Program-made: the position numbers and the translations under genes
Source: an uncultured delta proteobacterium
GTDB taxonomy: Bacteria > Desulfobacterota > Binatia > UBA9968
Assembly (NCBI GenBank): GCA_963745835.1
Contig: CAVUZH010000014.1
Span: 480,001 to 544,000 of the forward strand
Reading direction: 5' to 3'
Length of the DNA stretch: 64,000 nt
Shown: one piece after another, positions 30,160 through 40,257 of the stretch
Position numbering within the stretch: position 1 is the stretch's first letter
How the letters are laid out: the number at the start of each line of letters is the position of its first letter
Notes under the pieces: generated by a model
Seen by the model: the letters and a program-made list of their open reading frames with translations, nothing else
Databases searched by the model: none
Told to the model about the DNA's origin: nothing

Positions 30160-30174
30160 GCAATGCGTATGCCA
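30160..30174 (-). promoter_or_regulatory. Sigma54 (-24/-12) promoter
   Basis: TGGCAT-ACGCA-TTGC with exact GG-N10-GC spacing, 37 bp upstream of the ATG at 30122. Confidence 0.7.
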
Positions 30175-30314
30175 CATCGCTAACTGCTAGATTCCGTACC
30201 CATACGTAATTTTGTGTCTTAAGTGCGGGACGAGATAGAAGGCGCTAATTCAGATTTGAGATAGACCAGAGGGATCAGCGTAGTCGTAAAACAAGTCAGC
30301 GCTAGCTAGGCGGA

Positions 30315-31889
30315 TTAGTCATTCAAGCTCGGTTGCTTTATCTGATACTTTCCATCGCCGTCCTGATTGATCCTCCCCTGTTCGTGTAAAGCACCCAAGG
30401 CTGCGGCGATGGCTGGGTAATCAATCTGTGGAAACAGCTCTAACAGTTCGGCAAAAAAGCGATGCGAATTTGTGAGCTCGCTGAGAATTTTTTGCGATAC
30501 GGCTTGCATATCGGAAGGTTCGGCTGGCGCCGCCTGTTTCACGCCGCTATCAAGATAATCTTTCAACTGCACCTTGCCTTGATTGTAGTAAACAATCCGA
30601 TTGTACCGGCTAGCCGGCACATTGTCGGGAATGGTTGCATCGATACCCATCTTCGCCGTAGTCGGAATTTTGCCTGTGGTAGAAGGCGGCAACGATGGGT
30701 CAAGAGGTTTGGAACGAGCATTGGAAACGATCAGGACATCACGATCAGCCTGAACACGCGTGGCCACGGCCCATTCAACGTCGATCGCATCGAATACATC
30801 GATATCATCATCGACTATAGTCACATGTTTGATGTCCGCGATTGCCAGGAGCGCCATAATCGCATTTTTACCATCACCCGGCGATTTCTTGATCGCCGCC
30901 ACGATGTGCCAGTGACAGCATCCCCCGGGCGTTACGTTGATGGCAGTGGCGTGAACGCCGGCTTCGTGAAGCACGCGCCAAGCGGCAGCTTCGTAAATCG
31001 GCGCGCTCATCCAGATGTTTTCCCACGGCATATGCAAAGCATAGTAAATCGGATTTTTACGATGCATGACGGCTTTGATGCGCACTCGCGGATTGAGATG
31101 AATGCCGCCCATTAGCCGGTTGAACTCGCAAAACGGCCCTTCAGGATGAATCCAGCCTTCCGGAAGAATTTCTCCTTCCAAAACGATCTCCGCATCGGCG
31201 ATACACGGCACCGGAATGGTTTCGCCATCGGCGAGCATCAGAGGCTCGCTCCGAAGCCCGCCTGCAAAGGTGAGCTCATTGACACCGAGATTGGCTTTGA
31301 ACGTCGATGCCACCAACTCATAAGGATGCGTGCCGATAGAGATCGATATCGGCAGCGGTTTTTTTTGCTGCAGCGATCGCTCGGCAAACTTTCGCAGATT
31401 ATTGGGCGTTACAATGTCGATGCCGGTAATATCTCTTTCCTTCAGCATTAACCGGTATACTCCCGCGTTCATGCCGAATTCCGGGTCCTCACCGATTACA
31501 ACACCGCCCGTGATCATGGGCCCACCGTCCATAATCGAAAACACCGGCACCGGAAGCTGGAACAGGTTGACGTCCGTACCGGTTCGAACCACTTCCTTCA
31601 CAGCTCCGCGCTGTACTCGTTGTGGTGCAATCGGATGCTCCATGGCTGCGCGCAGCTTGCTTTCGATCTTCTCGTACGGAACTCCCATGGCCAGAGCTAA
31701 CCGGTTGCGCGACTGTAATAACCCGGACGCCACCGGCATTGAGTAACCGCGCACGTTTTGAAACAAAATTGCTTGTTCGGACTGCGGCACCAACGCTGCA
31801 ATGTCACGCGCATCGGTGGCCGTGGTAATCTCGAGCAACTCTCCGTTGATCTTCAATGCTTCAAGATAGCTTCTGAAGGTCGCCGTCAT
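30315..31889 (-). CDS. UbiD family (prFMN-dependent) decarboxylase with C-terminal wHTH-like extension
   Basis: NAGVYR, EGPFCE, VDDDIDVFD..DVEWAVATRVQAD, KMGIDAT; extra tail of about 60 aa. Confidence 0.92.
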   Translation of the reverse strand: MTATFRSYLEALKINGELLEITTATDARDIAALVPQSEQAILFQNVRGYSMPVASGLLQSRNRLALAMGVPYEKIESKLRAAMEHPIAPQRVQRGAVKEVVRTGTDVNLFQLPVPVFSIMDGGPMITGGVVIGEDPEFGMNAGVYRLMLKERDITGIDIVTPNNLRKFAERSLQQKKPLPISISIGTHPYELVASTFKANLGVNELTFAGGLRSEPLMLADGETIPVPCIADAEIVLEGEILPEGWIHPEGPFCEFNRLMGGIHLNPRVRIKAVMHRKNPIYYALHMPWENIWMSAPIYEAAAWRVLHEAGVHATAINVTPGGCCHWHIVAAIKKSPGDGKNAIMALLAIADIKHVTIVDDDIDVFDAIDVEWAVATRVQADRDVLIVSNARSKPLDPSLPPSTTGKIPTTAKMGIDATIPDNVPASRYNRIVYYNQGKVQLKDYLDSGVKQAAPAEPSDMQAVSQKILSELTNSHRFFAELLELFPQIDYPAIAAALGALHEQGRINQDGDGKYQIKQPSLND

Positions 31890-32004
31890 TGTTTCCCCTC
31901 CCTTGGAAGTAAGCCAGCATAGCAAAATAATTGCTATCAATCACCGCATTGGTTTCGGAAGGGTGAGGGCATATGCTATGGAAAGTCAGAAGGAGATTCG
32001 GATT

Positions 32005-33003
32005 ATGGCCTCATTCGGTTTAACTCTGGCGAACCGCGGCGTCATTATCGGCGCCGTTACTGTCCCGGAACTTTTCGAAATGGCGAAACGCGGCGAGGAC
32101 TCAGGCGCATTCGATGCTGTATGGGTGGGTGACAGCTTGCTGGCAAAACCTCGATTGGAATCGATTACGCTATTGTCAGCTCTCGCCGTTGTCACGAAAA
32201 GAGTTCGCTTAGCCGTCGGCTGTATGGCGACATTTCCGCAGCGTCATCCGGCTTTGCTTGCGCAGCAATGGGCCAGTTTGGATGTCATTTCAGCCGGCCG
32301 CGCCTGGTTGGCCGTATGTTTGGGCGGTCCCAACGAGCAGAGTCCGGCGCAAGCTCTCGAGCACCGGGTGATGGGGATCAAGGACACTGAGCGCGTTGGC
32401 CGATTAGAGGAGGGCATCACCATCCTGCGCAAGCTCTTCCACGAAGAAAACGCCTCGCACAAGGGGCGGTTCTATGAATTCGAAGGCGTAACGATTCAAC
32501 CGCGCCCGGTGCAAAACCCACTGCCGATCTGGATTGCCAGCAATCCCACCGGCCTGACCTGGAAAGACGGCGCCAGCGCGCCTTCGCCCGCGGTGGAACG
32601 CGGTTTACGGCGCGTGGCAAAATTTGCCGACGGGTGGATGACCAACAAAGTCACCCCCGAAGAATTTAAATCTCAATGGCAGCGAATTCTGGAGATGGCC
32701 AAAGAAGAAGGCCGCGATCCGTCCAAGATCGGCAGCTCGCTATACCATAACATCAACATCAAAGAAGACCGCCAAGTAGCGCTAAATGAAAGCAAAGCCT
32801 TTCTCGACAAGTACTATACGTCGAACTTCAGCATGAAGTTCGTCGAAGGCTTCACCACCGCAGGCACTCCGAAGCAGTGCATCGAAGAGCTTAAAGCTTA
32901 TTTCGCCGCCGGCATTGAGCACATCACCTTGAGAATGACCTCCTGGGACCAGACCGGACAAATGAAGCGTTTCCTTGAAGAAGTAGCGCCGGCCTTTCAT
33001 TAA
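32005..33003 (+). CDS. LLM class flavin-dependent oxidoreductase
   Basis: FDAVWVGDSL, LDVISAGR, PRPVQ..PIWI, ADGW; AAGGAG RBS. Confidence 0.92.
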   Translation: MASFGLTLANRGVIIGAVTVPELFEMAKRGEDSGAFDAVWVGDSLLAKPRLESITLLSALAVVTKRVRLAVGCMATFPQRHPALLAQQWASLDVISAGRAWLAVCLGGPNEQSPAQALEHRVMGIKDTERVGRLEEGITILRKLFHEENASHKGRFYEFEGVTIQPRPVQNPLPIWIASNPTGLTWKDGASAPSPAVERGLRRVAKFADGWMTNKVTPEEFKSQWQRILEMAKEEGRDPSKIGSSLYHNINIKEDRQVALNESKAFLDKYYTSNFSMKFVEGFTTAGTPKQCIEELKAYFAAGIEHITLRMTSWDQTGQMKRFLEEVAPAFH

Positions 33004-33020
33004 TCAGCGAGCTTGAAACT

Positions 33021-33801
33021 ATGTTTCTGGAAATCGATCATCTGGTAATTGTCGTGAAAGATCTTCAGCAGGCGGCCAATGACTACCAACAGTTAGGCTT
33101 CACAGGAGTTCCCGGCGGCAAACATCCTGTGGGCAGCCATAACGTGCTGATCTCGTTTGCCGATGGATCCTATCTCGAGGTGATCGCATTTTATCGTGAG
33201 GCGATCGATCATCGCTGGTGGCAGCCGTTACAAAAAGGCGAACGGTTGGTCGATTATTGCATGCAGACCGATGATCTTCAGGGCGATACTCTGAAACTGC
33301 GCGAAGCCGGAGTTGCGATAAATGACCCGGTGCCCTGGTCGCGTACTCGCCCCGATGGCTACGAATTGAAATGGATACTTTCTCTGGCGACGGGTGCGCA
33401 TCGGGGTGTAGCGCCGTTTCTGATCCAGGACGTAACGCCACGTACCGAGCGCATTCCCCAACAGTTCGACCACAAAAACGGCGCCGTTGGAATCAACACC
33501 GTCACGATAGCCGTCGATGAGCTGTCGCAAGTTGACCGCTGGTATAGCGCGGTGCTGGGGCAGAGTGGCAAGCCGATTGTCCGAACAGAACTTGGAGCCG
33601 AAGGTTTGAGTTTTTCTATCGGTACAACATACCGTAGAATTTCTCAAGCCATCGAATGCATCGAGTCCGCTGATAAACTGGATAAGCACCTATGGACCAT
33701 CCCCCTACTCCGCCACTCTCTGGAGTCGTGTCGCTGAGGCTAAGCCATTGGAGCAAAGTTTAACGCACGGCGCTAATCTATATTTCGACGGCGCAGAATG
33801 A
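33021..33801 (+). CDS. VOC family protein (Glyoxalase_3-like), frameshift near 33627
   Basis: IDHLVIVV, GGKHP.GSHN, YLEVI, RTRPDG..LKW, PFLIQD; removing one A gives HTVEFLKP...FDGAE-stop at 33799-33801. Confidence 0.85.
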
Positions 33802-34187
33802 TCCATCGTACCAAGCCAGCTAACTGAGTTCCATTCGTAGATCAGCGCCACAACTATGAGTACTGAAAGCCCAACAAATTTTTCCTATTCGGTTGATCCT
33901 TCTCTTCGCTCCTTGCCATAATCTCCGTGACATCGTTGAGAGCCCAAGGCTGAAACTCGGGGTTCATTTTTCTTGAGCGTAAAGCAGGGTAGCGGCACTC
34001 GCGCTGGTCTGGCGGCTTCCATGCTCTTGTAGTCACTCAAATGCCTATAACTTCCAAAGAACGCCAAAAGTCTTAACGCTTGACGCCATGTCGGATATTT
34101 TTTCGAGTTTTTTGTGAAAATTTATTGATTCTTCTATGATGAAATGATTTCTTGCGTGTAAGAGGTAATCAATCATAGGAGCTACCT

Positions 34188-34337
34188 ATGAATAAACAAG
34201 AAATTCAGGAGAAAATTAGATACTCGTCGATATCGCATGCCCGCACGCATGGGATCATCTCGAAAGAGGAAGCGGACTTCTTGCTGAATGAATACATGAA
34301 GGAGTATAAGGACGCGCATCCGCGTCCTGAAAAATGA
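34188..34337 (+). CDS. Small hypothetical protein (49 aa, below the ORF-track cutoff)
   Basis: AGGAG RBS then MNKQEIQEKIRYSSISHARTHGIISKEEADFLLNEYMKEYKDAHPRPEK. Confidence 0.45.
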   Translation: MNKQEIQEKIRYSSISHARTHGIISKEEADFLLNEYMKEYKDAHPRPEK

Positions 34338-34895
34338 TTGTTGGATGTGCCTCAATCATCAGCTCTTCTTCAGAGCCTTTTACACTGCGAATCTTTGGTG
34401 CGGTAGTAATATTCCTACACTTGCATAGCCTTATCTGGTTCTAAATTTTACTTTTTCGCATAGTGTAAGCTTACCGCTTCCGCTCTCGCTTTAAATTCCG
34501 GGATTGTTTCCAGGTCATAGGCGGATTTATCCAGATTCGCCCAGACTTCGGCACTACGTTCCTCGCGTCCATCAGCCAGGATGCAACTATTAGGTTTGCT
34601 TGCTAGGTTTGTTTGCGCGAGATTGAGTAAGGCGATGAACGGAATTCCACCTACTTTTTAAGGACCCGCGCAATGCGGTGGTTCCACTAAAAGTGTTTGG
34701 TGTGTTCGTACTCTCCTCTTTCCTCCTTCCAGCGGTTTCCCCATGAAGTTTATTGTCATGTTATTTTGTTAATGATAATTTTTTGTCTCGACGTTTGGTT
34801 GCGGGAGCGATATCAGGTGTCCGCTCCGGCTCTAAGACCTCAAGCGGGAGTGCTCTACTATTTAATTGTCGGCCTTGTGTAAAATCTTGTCAAAA

Positions 34896-35053
34896 TTAGG
34901 TCGGTAGAAAACTCTTGACGGTCAAAGCCACCCAAGCGTGGCTCTGCCGATGAGCTTCCCGACTTCACGTGTAATCAAGCCCGGCTTGTAGAGTTTGCGG
35001 GCTCTGACCTTCAGAGAGGCGAGCTTTTTGAGCCTATACGAAGATTGTTTCAT
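34896..35053 (-). pseudogene. Frameshifted small helix-turn-helix protein (phage-like)
   Basis: MKQSSYRLKKLASLKVRARKLYKPGLITREVGKLIGR then, after a 1-base shift, (S)HAWVALTVK, giving an HTH pattern. Confidence 0.5.
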
Positions 35054-35451
35054 TACTTAAGTTATTGATCATGTGCAAAAATCTGTAGAGGGATAACTGG
35101 ACAGGCGGGAAGATTGCGAGTTAGACAATCTATTTTGACGTTGTTAAAGGCCCAACATCTCTGTCGAGCGTTAGCCTTATATCCTTTTGATCAAATCGCG
35201 GATGATTAACTCTGGTCGAACAGTTTTGCTTTCTCTGTCGCAGGATACGCCCAAAATCCGGTCGCTGTAAATTCGAATGACTGCTATCTCTCGATCATCA
35301 GTGAAGAGAAAAAGCGCTTGCGCAAGCATACTTCCGACAATGGCGACAATTATAAGCGTGTAGAAATGGCCGGAATTGAAGGCGCAAAAAGCTGGGTAGA
35401 TTTAGCCTGTAATTGAGGTGGGTAGTTGTTCGATGCCGATGAAGCATAACA

Positions 35452-35691
35452 TTATGCGACAGATGCAGGTAATTTACATGCTTGTATGAGGTCGTCATCA
35501 ATCCATCTTTTCGCGATCTGAAGGCCGTAACCTTCAGCTTCTTCTCTGCTAGGAAATATTTCGTTTATTTTAAAGGTGTGGAGAATGCCGTGAGCTTTCG
35601 TACTGATGCGAAACTCCGGCGTGAAGCCGTCAGGGTCAAGCCTAGCCCAGGCGCTGATCAGAATACTATGAGCTTTATACTGGTGCTCCAT
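35452..35691 (-). CDS. Small hypothetical protein (79 aa)
   Basis: AAGGAG RBS; C-terminal motif FPSREEAEGYGLQIAKRWID shared with the neighbour. Confidence 0.7.
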   Translation of the reverse strand: MEHQYKAHSILISAWARLDPDGFTPEFRISTKAHGILHTFKINEIFPSREEAEGYGLQIAKRWIDDDLIQACKLPASVA

Positions 35692-35735
35692 TGGCGATGC
35701 TCCTTACTGGTGCAAAAACTTTACGGCCGGGCGTT

Positions 35736-35972
35736 TCAAAGCTTGTCTGCCCAACTCCGGCCTATCAAAAATCCAGCTGAAATGGCTTCTGTTTCAGTTG
35801 AAAAAAGTAAAGTATCAAGTTCGGGGAATCTATGAAACTGAACCATCCCGTGCTCTCGCCAAGCGACAAAGGCATAAGGAACCCACATGTTTGAAACAGA
35901 TTTGGGCTGAGATGTTATCAGGCAGGAACCGTAGAATTCTGTGCTGATATGAACGTTTGTCGCGGCGTACAT
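35736..35972 (-). CDS. Small hypothetical protein (78 aa), paralog of 35452-35691
   Basis: AAGGA then MYAATN; motif FSTETEAISAGFLIGRSWAD. Confidence 0.6.
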   Translation of the reverse strand: MYAATNVHISTEFYGSCLITSQPKSVSNMWVPYAFVAWREHGMVQFHRFPELDTLLFSTETEAISAGFLIGRSWADKL

Positions 35973-36149
35973 ACCAATGGTCCTTTCTTCGGGGTCTATC
36001 CGATGATGACATTTTAGGGTAGTGCGGATGTGCTGTCTGTATAGAATTGAACAATGCTTAAGGCGGAATCTCGACCCTTTTGACCATTTTTGAGCAAACC
36101 TAGGTTTTTGAAGAAGCCAACAAAAACCGCATATCAGAGCGCGGCCTTT

Positions 36150-36287
36150 CACGTAAACCGGAGCGGCGATTATCAGAACTCCTACCACTTCCTCCACGAG
36201 CGGCATGTCCGGCGTAATTCCGTAGCCTCCTAGTACAGCCATAAGGCCGGACATAATGAGGGCGGCGAGAGCTTTAGCGATCGCCAT
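36150..36287 (-). pseudogene. Holin-like two-TM peptide remnant
   Basis: MAIAKALAALIMSGLMAVLGGYGITPDMPLVEEVVGVLIIAAPVYV: two hydrophobic helices, then protein-like character is lost. Confidence 0.3.
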
Positions 36288-36548
36288 TTTTATTTTTTGG
36301 TTGGTAAGCCCTTTAAAGCATTGCCTTGATGATTGTCGTTTTAGGAATGTTTAAATCTTCACAGACTCGGCGAACATAGTTTTCCTTTTCAATTTTTGGC
36401 GAGTTGGAAGCGTAAGTTCGGATGAATTTATCCATCGTCATCTCCGGCATGTAGTGGGGAATCATCCTGCCGTTCATTGCGGATCGAAGTAACCGGAACC
36501 TCCCGCAAGATATTCAAGAAGATGAGGGAGCCGATAATCATCAGCAAT

Positions 36549-36577
36549 TTGACAGAGGAAGATCTCTCTATTAGTTT
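36549..36577 (+). promoter_or_regulatory. Putative sigma70 promoter
   Basis: TTGACA-17 nt-TAGTTT upstream of the aldolase gene. Confidence 0.5.
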
Positions 36578-36610
36578 CGTCGGTTAGGAAATATTTCGCA
36601 CCGGAGTAGA

Positions 36611-37303
36611 TTGATGACCATACAAGAAAACCTCGCTTTGGCGTGCCGGATTTTAGCCATGCACGGGCATAACGATTTTATCTACGGCCATGTATCGGCG
36701 CTGACGGACACTCCCGGGCAATATTGGATCAAGGGGTCCGGGATTGGCTTGGAGGAAGTTACCGAGGACGATCTCGTTCTTATCGATTTCGCAGGCAACA
36801 AGATCTCCGGCAAACGCAAACGGCACAATGAATTTCCGATTCACAGCGAAGTTTATCGGACCAACCCTGAAATCCGCTGCGTCATTCACACGCACCCGGT
36901 CTACTCCACAATTATCGCCTCTTCGGAACACCGTCTCCTGCCGATCACCAATATGAGCTGCGCTTTCTATCCGCCGGCATTGAAAAAGTTCGAGGAATCA
37001 TCCGATCTCATAGTCACGCCCGAGCAAGGGATTGCCGTTGCCGCATTGCTGGGCGAGCACAAGATCGTCCTGCTGCGCAATCATGGGATCGTCGTCGCGG
37101 CTGGCTCCATCGAGGAAGCCTGCGTCCGCGGCGTGCTCCTCGAGCACAGCGCCAAGACACAAGTTGCCGCGGCATCCATGGGGGCTTTCTCCTGGGCGAC
37201 CGACACCGAGGCACTGCTCAAGCGGAAACGCTTTTACCACCCCGATGCGGTGCACAATCTGTGGGAATACTTCGGCAGGCAACTCCGTCGCGAACAAAGA
37301 TAG
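36611..37303 (+). CDS. Class II aldolase/adducin family protein
   Basis: GHVSA, EFPIHSEVY, IHTHP, LLRNHG. Confidence 0.92.
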   Translation: MMTIQENLALACRILAMHGHNDFIYGHVSALTDTPGQYWIKGSGIGLEEVTEDDLVLIDFAGNKISGKRKRHNEFPIHSEVYRTNPEIRCVIHTHPVYSTIIASSEHRLLPITNMSCAFYPPALKKFEESSDLIVTPEQGIAVAALLGEHKIVLLRNHGIVVAAGSIEEACVRGVLLEHSAKTQVAAASMGAFSWATDTEALLKRKRFYHPDAVHNLWEYFGRQLRREQR

Positions 37304-37672
37304 TTCATCTGTCGCAATCTCGTAAGCTGCAGGTCTTCTTAGTATTGAACTCGAAGATTTTCTGACTCTCCTAAAAAACTACGCGGCACCCTCCAGATTC
37401 ATGCGCATGTCGATTGTTCACCGTAGGACGATCTAAATCCGGTGCCTCGGAATTGACCCTGATGCCACGAGACTCGGGCATTTTTCGACACCGTCTCGTA
37501 ACAATTGCGCTGCTTCTTTTCTTGCACCAGGGCTGTCATCCCAACACTCTGCCTCGAAATACCTTGCTATTAATGGCTGGTTCATGTGGGCGAACAGAAC
37601 TGAATGTTGTTGACCACTGCAGCGGGATGAGATAGGCATGATCCGCACGAAAAAAATGTCTAGGAGATCGAC

Positions 37673-39172
37673 ATGCTTGAAGCTTTCGTCAGTGGGTTTT
37701 GGCAAGTCGTAGCGTGGCCGGCTTTCGGCTACATGTTGGTAGGTATCTTCATCGGGTTCTGGGTCGGCTTGCTTCCCGGCATCGGCGGCTTATCGACTCT
37801 TGCACTGATGCTACCCTTCTCCTATTCAATCAAAGACCCGATTTCCGCGTTTGCCTTTCTCCTGGGCATGCTCGCGGTCACCGGCACGACCGGCGATCTT
37901 ACTTCGATTTTATTCGGCATCCCTGGCGAGGGTTCATCCGCCGCGCTGATACTCGACGGTTATCCCATGTCTAAGAACGGCGAAGCCGGACGCGCGCTCG
38001 GAGCCGCGATCACAGCTTCAGTCTTAGGATCCTTGATCGGCGCTTTTTCGCTCGCCATTTCTATTCCGATTATGCGTCCGCTTGTCCTACTCTTCGGTTC
38101 GCCGGAGTTGTTCATAATAGCGATCATGGGTATCACATTCATCGGCACCCTGGCCGGGCCGTCGCTGATCAAGGGTCTGCTGGCCGGCGGTATAGGACTG
38201 ATGCTGGCAGCGATCGGCGTCGATCCGCAGACCGGCTCCCTGCGCTATACCTTCGGCAGTCTCTATTTGTGGGATCGGCTCGATCTCATTCCCGTCGTCG
38301 TTGGCTTGTTTGCCATACCTGAGATCGTCGATCTTGCTGTGCGCGGCACCAGCATCTCCGGTGGCAAAACAGGCAAGTTAACCGGGGTTATGGATGGGGT
38401 CAAAGATACGTTTCGCCATTTTTGGCTGGTGGTTCGTTGCAGCCTGATCGGCGTCTACTTCGGCGTCCTACCGGTTTTGGGCGCCAACGTCGCTCAATGG
38501 ATTTCCTACGCGCATGCGGTACAGGGATTGAAGGATAAATCGCGAGCCGGCAAAGGCGCCATCGAAGGCCTGCTCGGTCCTGGCGCGGCGAACAATTCAA
38601 CCCGCGGCGGCGACCTCATCCCGACAATTGCTTTTGGCATTCCTGGTAGCGGCGCCATGGCGCTGTTACTCGGCGCCATGTTGATCGTCGGACTCAACCC
38701 CGGTCCGGAAATGCTCAAATCACGCCTCGATGTTACCTTTGCGATGGTTTGGGTGTTGATTATCGCCAATCTGATCGTCGCCGGAGTTTGTTTCATCTTT
38801 TTAAATCACCTGGCGTCGCTCACATTCATTCGTGGATCACTGCTGATCCCATTCCTGATGTTCCTGGTCTTTATTGGCTCCTTTACCGCCAATAACGACA
38901 TCACCGATGTGGTATTCACGATTACCTTCGGGATCATCGGCTATTTCATGGTCAAATATGGCTGGCCTCGTCCACCACTGATATTGGGCTTGACCCTAGG
39001 TAAAATAGCAGAGAATTACTTGTGGATTTCCACCGCCGCTTACGGCGCAAAGTGGCTGCTCTTCCCGACGGTTGCAGGGCTCATCGCATTAACAGTGTTC
39101 ACCGTTGCTTATCCGACCATCAAAGAACGGCTGGGTAAAGCGAAATACGAACGGCCTGAGGACGCGGTGTAG
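37673..39172 (+). CDS. Tripartite tricarboxylate transporter permease (TctA family)
   Basis: GLLPGIG, ILFGIPG, DGYPM, AANN, LIPTIAFGIPGS; many TMs. Confidence 0.93.
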   Translation: MLEAFVSGFWQVVAWPAFGYMLVGIFIGFWVGLLPGIGGLSTLALMLPFSYSIKDPISAFAFLLGMLAVTGTTGDLTSILFGIPGEGSSAALILDGYPMSKNGEAGRALGAAITASVLGSLIGAFSLAISIPIMRPLVLLFGSPELFIIAIMGITFIGTLAGPSLIKGLLAGGIGLMLAAIGVDPQTGSLRYTFGSLYLWDRLDLIPVVVGLFAIPEIVDLAVRGTSISGGKTGKLTGVMDGVKDTFRHFWLVVRCSLIGVYFGVLPVLGANVAQWISYAHAVQGLKDKSRAGKGAIEGLLGPGAANNSTRGGDLIPTIAFGIPGSGAMALLLGAMLIVGLNPGPEMLKSRLDVTFAMVWVLIIANLIVAGVCFIFLNHLASLTFIRGSLLIPFLMFLVFIGSFTANNDITDVVFTITFGIIGYFMVKYGWPRPPLILGLTLGKIAENYLWISTAAYGAKWLLFPTVAGLIALTVFTVAYPTIKERLGKAKYERPEDAV

Positions 39173-39185
39173 TCAATCCCTTCTC

Positions 39186-39210
39186 GGCCGAGTAGCGGAT
39201 GTACTCGGCC
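39186..39210. terminator. Hairpin directly after tctA
   Basis: GGCCGAGTA-gcggatg-TACTCGGCC 9-bp stem; no U-tract. Confidence 0.4.
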
Positions 39211-39315
39211 TCGTGCGGGTCACGTCAAGACCGCAGTGACTGGACCACCGCGGTCCGTCAACTGCTCTAATCTTCAGCAAATAACCCTACACCACGGCCA
39301 CTCAGTGCCCTGCGC

Positions 39316-39693
39316 ATGATCAGGTTATTTCCGCTTCTAATCAGCTTCCTAATGCTCCACAGCTGGGTGATACCCGTCTATGGTCAAGATCAACCAAAGA
39401 CAGGGATCAAAGAGATCGCCATCGAGGAATTACCCAGTGAAGCGCGAACGACTCTGCGGTTGATCGAAAAAAGCGGGCCCTTTCCGTATCAACGCGACGG
39501 CGCCGTGTTCGGCAATTTCGAGCGCCGCCTGCCGATCAAAAAACGCGGTTACTATCGAGAATTTACCGTACCGACGCCGGGGCGTCGTGATCGGGGCGCC
39601 AGGCGTATTGTCGCCGGTGAAAACGGTGAATGCTATTATACCGAGGATCATTACCGGACATTCCGCAAAATTCGCAAAGGCTTGTCACCATGA
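39316..39693 (+). CDS. Secreted guanyl-specific ribonuclease (barnase/RNase Sa family)
   Basis: Signal peptide; FGNFERRLP, YYREFTV, RGARRIV, YYTEDHY. Confidence 0.92.
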   Translation: MIRLFPLLISFLMLHSWVIPVYGQDQPKTGIKEIAIEELPSEARTTLRLIEKSGPFPYQRDGAVFGNFERRLPIKKRGYYREFTVPTPGRRDRGARRIVAGENGECYYTEDHYRTFRKIRKGLSP

Positions 39694-40124
39694 GCGAAAG
39701 AAAGCTCGCTAATGTCGAACAATCCGATGTCTGCCAGCTGACCGGCGATCCGGACAAAATCGAGCAAGCGGCCGCAGGTGCCGGGCTTACGGTGATTAGA
39801 ATCGACCTGAAGGGCCTTGCCAGCAAATCAGGCCTTCTCGGCCGCGTAGCACGGGCGCTCAACTTCCCTGACTGGTTTGGCAAGAACTGGGATGCTCTCA
39901 ATGACTGCCTGACCGATCTTTCCTGGCTCGATGGCCGAGGCTGGGTGATCATCTTTGAAAACTCGAAACATCTGGCGGCACGTAAACCTCAAGTATTTCA
40001 CAGCGCCGTAGAGGTGTTCCAATCTGCCAACGATTATTGGCGCCAAGCTGGCAAGCCTTTTTGGGTGTTATTCCACGGCCCGAGCGATTGGGTCACCGGC
40101 CTGGAAAGATTCGACGAATACTGA
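39690..40124 (+). CDS. Barstar family ribonuclease inhibitor
   Basis: LNFPDWFGKNWDALNDCLTDLSW; ATGA overlap with the RNase stop codon. Confidence 0.92.
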   Translation: MSERKLANVEQSDVCQLTGDPDKIEQAAAGAGLTVIRIDLKGLASKSGLLGRVARALNFPDWFGKNWDALNDCLTDLSWLDGRGWVIIFENSKHLAARKPQVFHSAVEVFQSANDYWRQAGKPFWVLFHGPSDWVTGLERFDEY

Positions 40125-40257
40125 TCTTCGCGCGACCCCGGACGAGCTTGTATTAACAGAAGCAGGCCGGATCGGGTATTGCCGGCTCAAAACTGCTGTG
40201 CCATGAAGCCCAATGGAACAACGCCGTTCGCGGGAACGCAAAACAAAGGAGGACAAT

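Noticed and set aside
35736-36287. 183-aa ORF
   Set aside because: Chimeric: a hydrophobic remnant, a non-protein-like middle, and a separate 78-aa gene with its own RBS.
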